DNA of 48,209 nt from a virus (IMGVR_UViG_3300020358_000010:1-48209), one strand, 5' to 3'; shown: positions 21,035 through 29,506, counted from the stretch's first letter. Notes: generated by a model not told the origin, from the sequence alone. Translations and numbers: made by a program.

Positions 21035-21274
21035 TTACTTTTTTGTTACGTCACCCGTCTTCAAATTTATAATAGAATCCTTACCATACTTTTTAATTAA
21101 TTCATCTTCCATTTTAGAAAACTCAACTTGTAAGCTTTTAACTTGTGAAAATAAATTACTCTTTTGTATTTCTAATTCTCCTATAGCTAGTTTGAACTTT
21201 GTTAGTTGTTCGTTAGCCTGTTGTAAATCCGATAACTGTTGTTCGGTTAATTTTACGTCTTGTACTTTTTCCAT
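21035..21274 (-). CDS. Small coiled-coil protein (possible fibre assembly chaperone)
   Basis: Heptad-rich 79 aa ending L.KKYG...INLKTG. Confidence 0.5.
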   Translation of the reverse strand: MEKVQDVKLTEQQLSDLQQANEQLTKFKLAIGELEIQKSNLFSQVKSLQVEFSKMEDELIKKYGKDSIINLKTGDVTKK

Positions 21275-21309
21275 TTGATTTAATTAAAATATTTATACAA
21301 AGATACTAT

Positions 21310-21705
21310 TTATTTTTTTGTCTCCGAATAGGTCTTCATCATCTTCTCTCCTGTCCTTCCCACAACGTATCCGCCTATTCCTATTTGAAGTAGAGTCCAA
21401 AACTCATCTTCTAATATAGGTATTCTAAAATCAAACAAAGGTCCAACAAACTTTACATAAATAACTATAAACCCAAATGACAACATTAAAATGGGTCTCC
21501 AACTTCTTTGTAGCCAATTCCCTTTTGCTTCTGCAACTATAACTTCAGTTTGCATTTTCTGTAGCTCTAATTCTTTTTGAATTAAAATTTGCTTAATAAC
21601 ATTCTCTGCTTTTATTTTTTCTTCCTTAGAAGTAAAAAGATTATCTAATCCTCCAAGTAAATCTTTTACTACACTACCTCCAAACCACTCTATTATTTTT
21701 TTCAT
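21310..21705 (-). CDS. Holin-like membrane protein (3TM-holin type)
   Basis: EAKGNWLQRSWRP motif, hydrophobic segments and GIGGYVVGRTGEK; adjacent to the amidase. Confidence 0.7.
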   Translation of the reverse strand: MKKIIEWFGGSVVKDLLGGLDNLFTSKEEKIKAENVIKQILIQKELELQKMQTEVIVAEAKGNWLQRSWRPILMLSFGFIVIYVKFVGPLFDFRIPILEDEFWTLLQIGIGGYVVGRTGEKMMKTYSETKK

Positions 21706-22115
21706 ATATTTTTATATTGAGATTGCACATCAAAACTTGGACATGCTTTGTTAGAAAATTCATTGTGCCCATGAAGCGTAGCTTCCGGGTATATCTTGTT
21801 TAGTGTTTTAATAAGTAGTAGTAAACTTTCTTTTTGCTGAGGTGTCCTAGTATCCTTCGGAGTCTTACCGTCTCTCTCAAGACCTCCTATGTAGCAGATA
21901 CCTAATGATGATTTGTTCATGCCTTTTACGTGAGCACCAACCTCATCTATCATCCTACCTGTTTCAATTGTTCCATTAATCAAAACTATGAAATGATAAC
22001 CACACCCTTTCCATCCTCTAGCTTTATGCCATCTATCTATTACAGATGCATTTACAGAATCATCACACTCTCTTGTGGCTGAGCAATGTATAATAAGCTT
22101 ATCTATTTTTCTCAT
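21702..22115 (-). CDS. Endolysin, N-acetylmuramoyl-L-alanine amidase (T7 lysozyme-like)
   Basis: IIHCSAT, IDRWH..RGW..CGYH, GAHVKG.N..S.GICYIGG and GHNEF.NKACPSFDV Zn-amidase motifs. Confidence 0.92.
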   Translation of the reverse strand: MRKIDKLIIHCSATRECDDSVNASVIDRWHKARGWKGCGYHFIVLINGTIETGRMIDEVGAHVKGMNKSSLGICYIGGLERDGKTPKDTRTPQQKESLLLLIKTLNKIYPEATLHGHNEFSNKACPSFDVQSQYKNI

Positions 22116-22156
22116 GTCAATGGTCTAGAGAAATAATAACAGTATCAAAGACGATA

Positions 22157-22327
22157 CTATTTTTTTTTATTCTTTTTATTCTGTTTTATATTTGTAACAG
22201 TTTTGTGAACAGTATATATAATTGTTGCAACTAGTAGTATTATCTTCAATGCCATTTCAAGTTGTGTAAAACTAATCGCCATTACGCTTGAGTTTAATCC
22301 GTATATCTTTAAATCTTCTATCGTCAT
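22157..22327 (-). CDS. Small membrane protein, possible holin/antiholin (56 aa)
   Basis: My translation MTIEDLKIYGLNSSVMAISFTQLEMALKIILLVATIIYTVHKTVTNIKQNKKNKKK: one TM helix and a basic tail, upstream of the amidase. Confidence 0.55.
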   Translation of the reverse strand: MTIEDLKIYGLNSSVMAISFTQLEMALKIILLVATIIYTVHKTVTNIKQNKKNKKK

Positions 22328-22396
22328 TATCTTATTTGATATTTAATGTGTAAATCATCAATCATTAATGTCGTGCCTGTGGTCCAATAATCCATA

Positions 22397-22867
22397 TTAC
22401 CAAAGAGCTACAATATTAGTTGCTGTTGTGCCTGTAGCAAAAACCTGAATAACATTTACAGGTAAAACAAATCCTTCTGCTACATTTGAAAAAGTAACCT
22501 TGTCTCCACCTGCGGTTTTAACTTCTAGATTACCTGCACCTCCAACATAAAGTAAGCATCCATTGTTGTTTCCTCCGTACGCATTAAACTTGCTTGTGGC
22601 ACCAAAAGGTGTTGCAGGAATATTTAATGTTAACTCATTACCACCAACTGAAGTGATGATTGCTGAGTCTCCTCCCGGATTAACTATTATCATTCCTCTT
22701 ACAAAACCTAGTGTCACCAAATCAATGGTGGGGTCAACAGTAATTGTGTTGCCTGATATAGATACAACAGTTTGCGTTCCATCTACTACCATTATCTGTG
22801 GGATGGGTGCATCATCACTAGGTGATACTTCCCAAGCTCGACTTGTATTTAACTTTTGATATGCCAT
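22397..22867 (-). CDS. Head spike-base/decoration-like protein
   Basis: A.EVSPSDD...LYVGGAGNLEV...G..VTF..V..G.VLPV.V..V.ATGTTATNIVALW resembles the RcGTA head spike base protein family. Confidence 0.6.
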   Translation of the reverse strand: MAYQKLNTSRAWEVSPSDDAPIPQIMVVDGTQTVVSISGNTITVDPTIDLVTLGFVRGMIIVNPGGDSAIITSVGGNELTLNIPATPFGATSKFNAYGGNNNGCLLYVGGAGNLEVKTAGGDKVTFSNVAEGFVLPVNVIQVFATGTTATNIVALW

Positions 22868-22869
22868 AA

Positions 22870-23283
22870 TTATGATTCTTTAGGTGGAAATCTTTCTTGA
22901 AGTTTTTCAAGAAGGCTTTCACGTTTTGCTTGCATTGCTAATTTTTTTTCTTCTTTTGTTTCAGGTTTTTTTCCTATAAAAGGAAGGTCGGTAGGAACAC
23001 CCTTTGGAGGTACCTTACCTATAAACTTAAGAGTCTTACCTGCGTAAGGCAATTTTTTAGGTTTGTCCTTAACGATAATTACAATCTCTGAATATTCTAA
23101 ATCTTTTGTTGCATCGGGTGCAGGAAAATCTTCTCCCTTTACTGTTCCCTTTTTTACATCTCCTACCAATACTTCTTCTGCTACCGCTTCTCCTTCGTAT
23201 TTATACTCTACTTTAAAGGTTGCATCTATTGGTTTAAGGATTGTCCCTTTAACGTCTGTTACTTTTATTAGTGTTTCTTCCAT
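22870..23283 (-). CDS. Hypothetical Lys/Glu-rich protein
   Basis: 137-aa ORF tightly packed in the operon. Confidence 0.55.
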   Translation of the reverse strand: MEETLIKVTDVKGTILKPIDATFKVEYKYEGEAVAEEVLVGDVKKGTVKGEDFPAPDATKDLEYSEIVIIVKDKPKKLPYAGKTLKFIGKVPPKGVPTDLPFIGKKPETKEEKKLAMQAKRESLLEKLQERFPPKES

Positions 23284-23287
23284 TTTT

Positions 23288-23893
23288 TTAAGCTATTGTA
23301 AATTCTACAGTTGTTCCTTTTTCAACAATAAAGTCCATGTCCACATAGGCATCGCATTCAAAATTTGCAGCATCTGCTGCAACGATGTACATTGCATTAA
23401 ACTCTATAGGAAATGTTGGTATGTTTTCTTGGTTAACATAAAATAACCCTGTAATAGGTCTTGATATTTCAGTTGCATCGTCAACCATTGCTCCGAAGTT
23501 TAATGGGTTATTAGTATACCCACCAAAACCATTAAAGTCTACGGACTCAATGTTAGAGCGATTGCTTATAAAAAATATGTTACCTGCTCCAACTTCAATA
23601 GAACCAATAGCAATGACATGACTTGTAGCTTCAGGTGTTAAAGATGTAACACATTTTAAATTATAAGAATCATATTCAGTACCACCTAGATTATATGTGG
23701 CTGCTAACTTAGCGATTCCTGCTAATTGTCCTTGGGTACCTAGGTCTAGAGTGGTTGCTCCTGAAGCTCCACTCATTAATTCTTCGTAGGTATATATTTG
23801 TCTTTGACTATTTGTTAATCTTGATGCTCTTTCAGTTAAATTCTCTGAAGGACTAATTCCTACAAACTGTTCATTGCTTTGTGGTGTTGACAT
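23288..23893 (-). CDS. Putative fibre/spike protein
   Basis: Shares its N-terminal segment with the neighbouring 23919..24680 protein; beta-rich C-terminus. Confidence 0.45.
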   Translation of the reverse strand: MSTPQSNEQFVGISPSENLTERASRLTNSQRQIYTYEELMSGASGATTLDLGTQGQLAGIAKLAATYNLGGTEYDSYNLKCVTSLTPEATSHVIAIGSIEVGAGNIFFISNRSNIESVDFNGFGGYTNNPLNFGAMVDDATEISRPITGLFYVNQENIPTFPIEFNAMYIVAADAANFECDAYVDMDFIVEKGTTVEFTIA

Positions 23894-23918
23894 TCTTTTT
23901 ATTTATTTTTAGTTATCA

Positions 23919-24680
23919 TTATGGTACTATGTTTAACACTCCTGCGTTACTCCAAATTGAACCACTAGGTAATCCTGTTGCTGCTGTAGGTATACTTTTT
24001 ATTGATAAATTCTCAACAAACGTACAATCTTGTCTATCTGATTCTAGGTTACTACCTATGATGTGTGAGTTAACAAATGTAAGTGTGTCATTCTCCCTAC
24101 CACCTAGTACAGAAGAGTCATCCGCAGTAGCGTCATTACGAACTCCTCCGCCAACAAATGTTGCCGAACCTGTTGCAGTATTACTAAGTCCACCAACAGT
24201 TGCTGAAGAACTACCACTTGCGATGTTGCCTATACCTCCGCCGACTACTGCTCTACTACCTAGAGCACTATTACCATTTCCACCGGCGACTGTTGACGCT
24301 AAGCCACTTGCGATGTTATTCACACCACCACCTACTGTTGACCCTCCCGGTGATGAATTATTGCTTGCGGTGTTGCCTTGTCCACCGCCAACAGTTGCGT
24401 AAGAACCTGCTGCAGTATTTGAGTCCCCACCACTAACTGTTGCGTAAATTTTAGTTGCTTCGTTAGAAGACCCAACTCTTTGAGTTGATGTTTCTTGTCC
24501 GCTTGGTCCCGGGAAGCTTCCTTCTTCAAAAAGACTTGGTATACCTGCACCTGCAGTATCAACAATATCCTGCATTGTAAATGCTTCTCTTCTTGAATTT
24601 GCTGTTTCTGAACCTTTGTTTTCTGTATCTACTTCAGCTGATACAGTATGAAATTTTTGTGTGCTTGGTATTATTGCCAT
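23919..24680 (-). CDS. Fibre protein with Gly-rich beta-roll (YadA-head-like) repeats
   Basis: About 8 repeats of the form (S/A)TVGGG..N.A.G; C-terminal PTAATGLPSGSIWSNAGVL. Confidence 0.6.
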   Translation of the reverse strand: MAIIPSTQKFHTVSAEVDTENKGSETANSRREAFTMQDIVDTAGAGIPSLFEEGSFPGPSGQETSTQRVGSSNEATKIYATVSGGDSNTAAGSYATVGGGQGNTASNNSSPGGSTVGGGVNNIASGLASTVAGGNGNSALGSRAVVGGGIGNIASGSSSATVGGLSNTATGSATFVGGGVRNDATADDSSVLGGRENDTLTFVNSHIIGSNLESDRQDCTFVENLSIKSIPTAATGLPSGSIWSNAGVLNIVP

Positions 24681-24696
24681 GATTTTTGTTTATTGT

Positions 24697-24870
24697 TTAT
24701 TTGTTTTTATTGTATGGAAACATTCTGTTTAGTGTGTCTTTTCGGGCACCACATCCACAGGGTTTACCTGTTGCTTTAGAAACTGTATTTACTACTTTCT
24801 TTATTCCTGTAGCTTTTGTGAATTTTTCTACAGTATCTCCGAATCCTCTTGATGTCATCCTTGGTTTCAT
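24697..24870 (-). CDS. Small basic protein (57 aa)
   Basis: My translation MKPRMTSRGFGDTVEKFTKATGIKKVV...PCGCGARKDTLNRMFPYNKNK; -7 box at 24875-24882. Confidence 0.6.
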   Translation of the reverse strand: MKPRMTSRGFGDTVEKFTKATGIKKVVNTVSKATGKPCGCGARKDTLNRMFPYNKNK

Positions 24871-24888
24871 AGGGCAAATATAATTAAT

Positions 24889-25029
24889 TTATTTTTTACA
24901 AGTACACAGTTTGTTTGGACAAGAAGCTACGTTAAACATAAGTTTAGATACCATCCAATTCCATCCACATTGTAATTTACACCACGTGGATTGCATCCAC
25001 AGTCCTATCTTTACAAATAACTTTCCCAT
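24889..25029 (-). CDS. Small Trp/Cys-rich protein (46 aa)
   Basis: MGKLFVKIGLWMQSTWCKLQCGWNWMVSKLMFNVASCPNKLCTCKK; TAATG-coupled to the upstream ORF. Confidence 0.5.
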   Translation of the reverse strand: MGKLFVKIGLWMQSTWCKLQCGWNWMVSKLMFNVASCPNKLCTCKK

Positions 25030-25181
25030 TAATGCATATTCGAGTCAGCAGAATACGGGTGCTCTCCATAATGCTTATACATTCCTTTAGATTCGTTGCG
25101 TCTATCTTTTAAAGATTGTTTCTTTTTTCCATTACGCATTGCGATTGCTTCATCGTCTCTTGAGTTGTATCCTTGTTTCAT
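25029..25181 (-). CDS. Small basic protein (50 aa)
   Basis: MKQGYNSRDDEAIAMRNGKKKQSLKDRRNESKGM...; fills the gap between neighbouring genes. Confidence 0.55.
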   Translation of the reverse strand: MKQGYNSRDDEAIAMRNGKKKQSLKDRRNESKGMYKHYGEHPYSADSNMH

Positions 25182-25187
25182 AATTAA

Positions 25188-25376
25188 TTATTTACTGCAG
25201 CCAAAGTTCTTGGCAAAGTTTGCCATCTTTACTACACTTGGTTTATACTTCTTTGAATTTTTCATGACAGAACTAGCTGCACCACATACTGATTTCTTAG
25301 GCATATTTTTTTTTGCCCAAGCAGTAAACTTTCCTTGGTTAGCTTTTTTGATTTTTATATCTTCTTGTTTTGCCAT
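25188..25376 (-). CDS. Small Lys-rich protein
   Basis: IKIKKANQGKFTAWAK...KMANFAKN; -7 box at 25390-25397. Confidence 0.65.
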   Translation of the reverse strand: MAKQEDIKIKKANQGKFTAWAKKNMPKKSVCGAASSVMKNSKKYKPSVVKMANFAKNFGCSK

Positions 25377-25397
25377 AACTTTTGTTTTACAAATATA

Positions 25398-25688
25398 CTA
25401 ATATTTTCCTCGTTTATTTTTTGGACTTGACTTGGTGCTACCACCTGAACCTGCCCATAGATTTTTGCAACTCCAATATCTAGCAGTCAGCTTTGACTTT
25501 GCGGTATCACACTTGTGCCTTGCCTTGAAAGATTTTCTAGCAGCTGCACTATAGTTGTGTCCATATCCTTTGGCACCAAAGTGAATTAGCTTTTCTTTAC
25601 CACCCTCACAGCCTTTAACCATTTTCTTTTTACCTGCTCGGTCAGAAGGTCTAGGTTTATTGCAAGTCATTTTAGATTTGTCTGCCAT
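25398..25688 (-). CDS. Small basic conserved phage protein (DUF6321-like)
   Basis: KLIHFG.KGY....AARKSFKARHKCD..K.KLTARYWSCK.LW motif. Confidence 0.6.
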   Translation of the reverse strand: MADKSKMTCNKPRPSDRAGKKKMVKGCEGGKEKLIHFGAKGYGHNYSAAARKSFKARHKCDTAKSKLTARYWSCKNLWAGSGGSTKSSPKNKRGKY

Positions 25689-25930
25689 TACTTGGTGTAT
25701 CTTTTAGTTACTCTTGCTCTAGGTGTATTGGATACAACAGTTTTTTTTGAGGCTTTCTTTTTGCGTGCTGTCCTTGCTCTTTCTGCTTTAGTCATAGACT
25801 TAGCTTTAGCTAGTGGTAAACAGCGGTCAGGATTCTTAGTGTCTTTGCTTGTACCACAAGCACCTTTGATAGAACCATCAAGTCCTATGCGTACCCACTT
25901 CTCATCTCTCCACTTCTTAAGCTCACCCAT
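25688..25930 (-). CDS. Small basic protein (DUF5872-like, C-terminal part)
   Basis: LKKWRDEKWV...CG......RCLP..KA.SMTKAER...ARKK motif. Confidence 0.55.
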   Translation of the reverse strand: MGELKKWRDEKWVRIGLDGSIKGACGTSKDTKNPDRCLPLAKAKSMTKAERARTARKKKASKKTVVSNTPRARVTKRYTK

Positions 25931-26091
25931 TAGTATCCTTTTTTAGGGGAGTACATGTTAGGGTTGTACTTAATAGAACCATTCATCACCTTAGAGAACT
26001 CACTTGCTTGTGCTTTCCCCATAGCATTGTATGGAAATTCTCGTGTCATTTTTTTTCCTGTGTTTCCACATTTATAGCTTACTGTTGGCAT
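25930..26091 (-). CDS. Small protein (53 aa)
   Basis: My translation MPTVSYKCGNTGKKMTREFPYNAMGKAQA...; TAATG-coupled to the next gene. Confidence 0.55.
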   Translation of the reverse strand: MPTVSYKCGNTGKKMTREFPYNAMGKAQASEFSKVMNGSIKYNPNMYSPKKGY

Positions 26092-26093
26092 AA

Positions 26094-26213
26094 TTATTTC
26101 TTTTTAGTATGGGTGTATCCGTCTTTTTTTAATTTAAAATGTTGGCTCATAGAGGTGACCTTGATACACTTGTCTTTCTTGCACATCATATGTGTTTTGA
26201 ATTTCTTTGCCAT
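26094..26213 (-). CDS. Small Lys-rich protein (39 aa)
   Basis: MAKKFKTHMMCKKDKCIKVTSMSQHFKLKKDGYTHTKKK; the internal ATG is preferred over the longer ORF-track start. Confidence 0.55.
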   Translation of the reverse strand: MAKKFKTHMMCKKDKCIKVTSMSQHFKLKKDGYTHTKKK

Positions 26214-26214
26214 A

Positions 26215-26373
26215 TTATTTCTTTTTAGATTTCTTAGCGTAGTTAGGGTCTTTACAATATTTACTTGCAGCCATGTTAGCATAAGCTGAAGGGTATGTAT
26301 CAAAGGTTCTCTTTGCCCATGCAATACCTGCAGGGCATATCTTGTTTCCTTTTGTCCTACCTTTCTTTGCCAT
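26215..26373 (-). CDS. Small basic protein with PSAYA motif (DUF5872-like, N-terminal part; 52 aa)
   Basis: My translation MAKKGRTKGNKICPAGIAWAKRTFDTYPSAYANMAASKYCKDPNYAKKSKKK. Confidence 0.6.
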   Translation of the reverse strand: MAKKGRTKGNKICPAGIAWAKRTFDTYPSAYANMAASKYCKDPNYAKKSKKK

Positions 26374-26389
26374 GTCTTTGTTTTTGATT

Positions 26390-26644
26390 TTAGGCTATGC
26401 CATCTCTTGACATATTATTAAATCCTCTTTTTCTTAAGGCTCTGTCTTCTCTTCTTTGGTTCTGTTTGGTTGCTCTTTTTTGAATCCTTTTACTTCTCTT
26501 AAGAAGTCTTTGCTCTTTATTCATTCTTCCTTCGTCTAAAGCAACGTTAGACTTTGCGCATACCTTGATTGCTCTTAACTCTTTCTTGGTTGCTTCTGAA
26601 ACAGGTCTTTTACCTATTACTTCTTTCTTACATCTTTGACTCAT
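26390..26644 (-). CDS. Small Arg/Lys-rich protein, paralog of 26650..26841
   Basis: N-terminal MSQRCKKEVIGKRPVSEATKKELRAIKVCA. Confidence 0.6.
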   Translation of the reverse strand: MSQRCKKEVIGKRPVSEATKKELRAIKVCAKSNVALDEGRMNKEQRLLKRSKRIQKRATKQNQRREDRALRKRGFNNMSRDGIA

Positions 26645-26649
26645 ATCTT

Positions 26650-26841
26650 TTATTTCATTTTTTTAGATAAGTTTTTATACCGAGTAGTGCTACGAACCGT
26701 ACTGTTTTTACCAAAAACTTTTGGGTTAGGTTTTCCCCCTGCTTCTAGTATAGCACATTTTTCAATTGCTTTTAGTTGTTTACGTGTTGCTCCTGAAATA
26801 GGATTGTCACCCATTACTTTTTTCTTACATTTTCTGCTCAT
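26650..26841 (-). CDS. Small Lys-rich protein, paralog of 26390..26644
   Basis: N-terminal MSRKCKKKVMGDNPISGATRKQLKAIEKCA. Confidence 0.6.
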   Translation of the reverse strand: MSRKCKKKVMGDNPISGATRKQLKAIEKCAILEAGGKPNPKVFGKNSTVRSTTRYKNLSKKMK

Positions 26842-26846
26842 ATCTT

Positions 26847-27119
26847 TTATTTTTTAGTTCCCTTGAATCCTTGTAATTTTGCTAGCCCCATAAGGGTGTT
26901 GCTATAATTATTCCTTGAAGCTTTTTTTATTGTTGGCTTTACTCCTGCTGAGCTTATTATATTTTCAGCTTGTGAGTTTTTAATAGCCATATTTTTTAAC
27001 ATGGTAAACGAAGCTAAGGAGTTATTAAGGGAAACACTCATCGGACTATTTCCTAATACAGGAGTAGTCAAAGTCTTTTCTTGTTTTGGAGTTGCCGGTA
27101 TTATATTATCTTTGGTCAT
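26847..27119 (-). CDS. Hypothetical protein
   Basis: First gene after the -7 box at 27124-27131. Confidence 0.55.
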   Translation of the reverse strand: MTKDNIIPATPKQEKTLTTPVLGNSPMSVSLNNSLASFTMLKNMAIKNSQAENIISSAGVKPTIKKASRNNYSNTLMGLAKLQGFKGTKK

Positions 27120-27149
27120 AATGCAAAGTTAATAAAATTAAATTTATAG

Positions 27150-27548
27150 ATGGATTCAGAAAATTACTTGAAGTATTGGAGAGTTGTTAGATACTATATT
27201 AAAAAGAAATATAATCTAACTACAGCAGAACTAGAGGTGTTGTTGTTTTTAAAAACAGAGGGTAGGTTTTCTCGTGATGACTTTGATACATTCAATGAAG
27301 TTGTCAGTTGGGACAAGAAACGTTTTGAAAGATTAAGACAACAAGGTTGGATTGAAGTATTTAGAAAGAAGCATGGCAAACACAAAGCACTATATCAACT
27401 TACGTATAAATCAAAAAGAGTTATAGCTTCAGTATACTCTAAGTTAAACGGTGGAACTATTCCTACGTCTGTGTTTAGTAATAAGAGCTATACGGATAAA
27501 GTATATAGAAACTTTATAGAACAACTACGATATCCCTCTCCTGAATAA
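27150..27548 (+). CDS. MarR-like winged-helix DNA-binding protein
   Basis: KYNLTTAELEVLLFL...RL.QQGWIE...ALYQLT.K..RV pattern of MarR-type wHTH proteins. Confidence 0.6.
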   Translation: MDSENYLKYWRVVRYYIKKKYNLTTAELEVLLFLKTEGRFSRDDFDTFNEVVSWDKKRFERLRQQGWIEVFRKKHGKHKALYQLTYKSKRVIASVYSKLNGGTIPTSVFSNKSYTDKVYRNFIEQLRYPSPE

Positions 27549-27771
27549 CCGTAATTTTTTTTCCTTCGATTAAAAGAGTGTGTGCATTCCTGAAGTCATA
27601 GTATACTTCATCGCTCTCTACTATTCCTTGAACTTCATTGCCCACGCCATGAACCTTCCCTTTATGGTATCGTCTACTTTGTGCTTCGTGATTCGTTAAT
27701 AGTATTCCTGACTCAGTTCTTATCTCTTCTTCTATTGGCTCGATTAAAATATATTTACTTATTGGTCTCAT
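27514..27771 (-). CDS. groES: Co-chaperonin GroES
   Basis: MRPISKYILIEP.EEE.RTESGILL mobile loop, G.V.GVG, D.VYY and IEGKK..VIQERDIVVVL. Confidence 0.88.
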   Translation of the reverse strand: MRPISKYILIEPIEEEIRTESGILLTNHEAQSRRYHKGKVHGVGNEVQGIVESDEVYYDFRNAHTLLIEGKKITVIQERDIVVVL

Positions 27772-27899
27772 ACAATTTCTTGTTCCTGTTCGATTGTTTT
27801 ATATATACGATATCCGTTTTCTTTTAATAACGTAATAGCGTCTTGTATTTTTCTCTCTTTAATTCTAAAGTGTTCGAAAATCTGATTTGATATTGCCAT
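27768..27899 (-). CDS. Small protein between groEL and groES (43 aa)
   Basis: MAISNQIFEHFRIKERKIQDAITLLKENGYRIYKTIEQEQEIV; ATGA overlap with the groES start. Confidence 0.55.
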   Translation of the reverse strand: MAISNQIFEHFRIKERKIQDAITLLKENGYRIYKTIEQEQEIV

Positions 27900-27901
27900 A
27901 A

Positions 27902-29506
27902 TTAATTTTTCTTTCTATGCATCGTAATGATTGCATTGGTTGATAATAATGTAACTGCGACACTTATTGCGTTTTGTAAAGCTGACCTTGTAACTTTTAC
28001 AGGGTCTATTACTCCCATGCTAATCATGTCACCCCACTTCTCGTTCTTTACATCAAAGCCTTGTCCCCATTTTCTACTCTTACAGTCATCTCCCTCTTCA
28101 TATATAGAAGCATCCATCCCTGCATTAGCAAGTATCTGTATGAGTGGAGATTGCAATGAAGTTCCTAAAATTGCGTAAGCAATTTTTTTTGCAGGAATAT
28201 CCTCTCTCTTACTATGGTGCTCGTAGTCTTTCCCTATCGAGTACAAAGATAATCCACCTCCCGGTAGTATACCTTCCTCTAGTGCTGACTTAACCGCACA
28301 CACAGCATCGTCCACTCTGTCATATAATTCTTTTTGTTCTAGGTCTGTATTACCTCCAACATATATTACACCAATCCCACCCGTTAGTGATGCGATTCTT
28401 TTTTCTATAAAGCTTCTTAATTGCTTGTCTTTGGAAACCCCATGCTGAACCCACAGCTCTTCTACTCTATTGTCTACTGCTTCCTGATTATCTGCTGTGT
28501 CATCTTTGATGATGATACTTGAGTCCCGACCAACTATCACCTTAGCACAGTGACCCAAGTCACCAAAGTTTATCAAGCTCAAATCATCTCCTGTCTCTCC
28601 ACTAAAATATGTGGCACCTACCGCAAGAGCAATGTCGTTCATTAGCTCATGTTGTCTGTATCCAAAGTCAGGTGGTGCAACGTTTACAATCTTAAGACTG
28701 TTCTTCATTACATTCGCTGCCATTGTATTTATGAAACCTTGAGAGCATGGTGCAATAATCATCAACTGCTTCTGCTCGCTGATGATTGGTTTCAATACAT
28801 TTTCGATTTGCAATATGCTATTTATTTCGGTATCACATACCAACACATACACATCCTCCATTACACATTCGTCATGCTTGTGATTATTAATAAACAAATG
28901 TGAAGTCCACCCTCTGTCTATCTTAATCCCTTTAGTACTTTCGAAAAACGTTTCATGGTTCTTTGATTTCTCTACCGTAACTATTCCATCCCTACCAACC
29001 TGCTTATATACCTCAGCAATTTGTTTTCCTATCTTGTCATCATTGTTAGCAGAAATAACCGCAACGTCTTTTAACTTAGTACCTGATACCTTCTTACCTT
29101 TTGCATGAAGACCCTTTACAATCTTCTCACACTCCTGTTGCAAAACCTTTAGCACCTCTATCCTATTAACACCCTCATCTATCTTAACCATACCCTCCTT
29201 GACTAAAGCCTCAGTTAATACAATTGCAGTAGTCGTTCCGTCTCCTGCTGAGGTTGCAGTCTTGTCTGCCGCTTCCTTCATGATACGTACCGCTAGATTC
29301 TCCACAGCGTCTAATAAGAAAATAGACTTGGCTACAGTTACACCATCTTTGGTTACTGTGATTCCATGTGTATGTTCTTGTGACTCTATGAGAACTGTGT
29401 TCCCTCGTGGACCTAATGTAGACTTTACTGCTTTAGCAATCTGTGTTATTCCTGATAGTAATTTCTCTCGACCATCGGAATCGAAGTGTAGCTGTTTTGG
29501 ATTCAT
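27902..29506 (-). CDS. groEL: Chaperonin GroEL
   Basis: AVKSTLGPRG, VTKDGVTVAK, AGDGTTT, DRVDDAVCA, EEGILPGGG and GVIDPVKVTRSALQNA motifs; no GGM tail. Confidence 0.97.
   Translation of the reverse strand: MNPKQLHFDSDGREKLLSGITQIAKAVKSTLGPRGNTVLIESQEHTHGITVTKDGVTVAKSIFLLDAVENLAVRIMKEAADKTATSAGDGTTTAIVLTEALVKEGMVKIDEGVNRIEVLKVLQQECEKIVKGLHAKGKKVSGTKLKDVAVISANNDDKIGKQIAEVYKQVGRDGIVTVEKSKNHETFFESTKGIKIDRGWTSHLFINNHKHDECVMEDVYVLVCDTEINSILQIENVLKPIISEQKQLMIIAPCSQGFINTMAANVMKNSLKIVNVAPPDFGYRQHELMNDIALAVGATYFSGETGDDLSLINFGDLGHCAKVIVGRDSSIIIKDDTADNQEAVDNRVEELWVQHGVSKDKQLRSFIEKRIASLTGGIGVIYVGGNTDLEQKELYDRVDDAVCAVKSALEEGILPGGGLSLYSIGKDYEHHSKREDIPAKKIAYAILGTSLQSPLIQILANAGMDASIYEEGDDCKSRKWGQGFDVKNEKWGDMISMGVIDPVKVTRSALQNAISVAVTLLSTNAIITMHRKKN

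Noticed and set aside
20048-24680. Diversity-generating retroelement or invertible fibre cassette
   Set aside because: No reverse transcriptase, TR/VR pair or recombinase is visible in the window.
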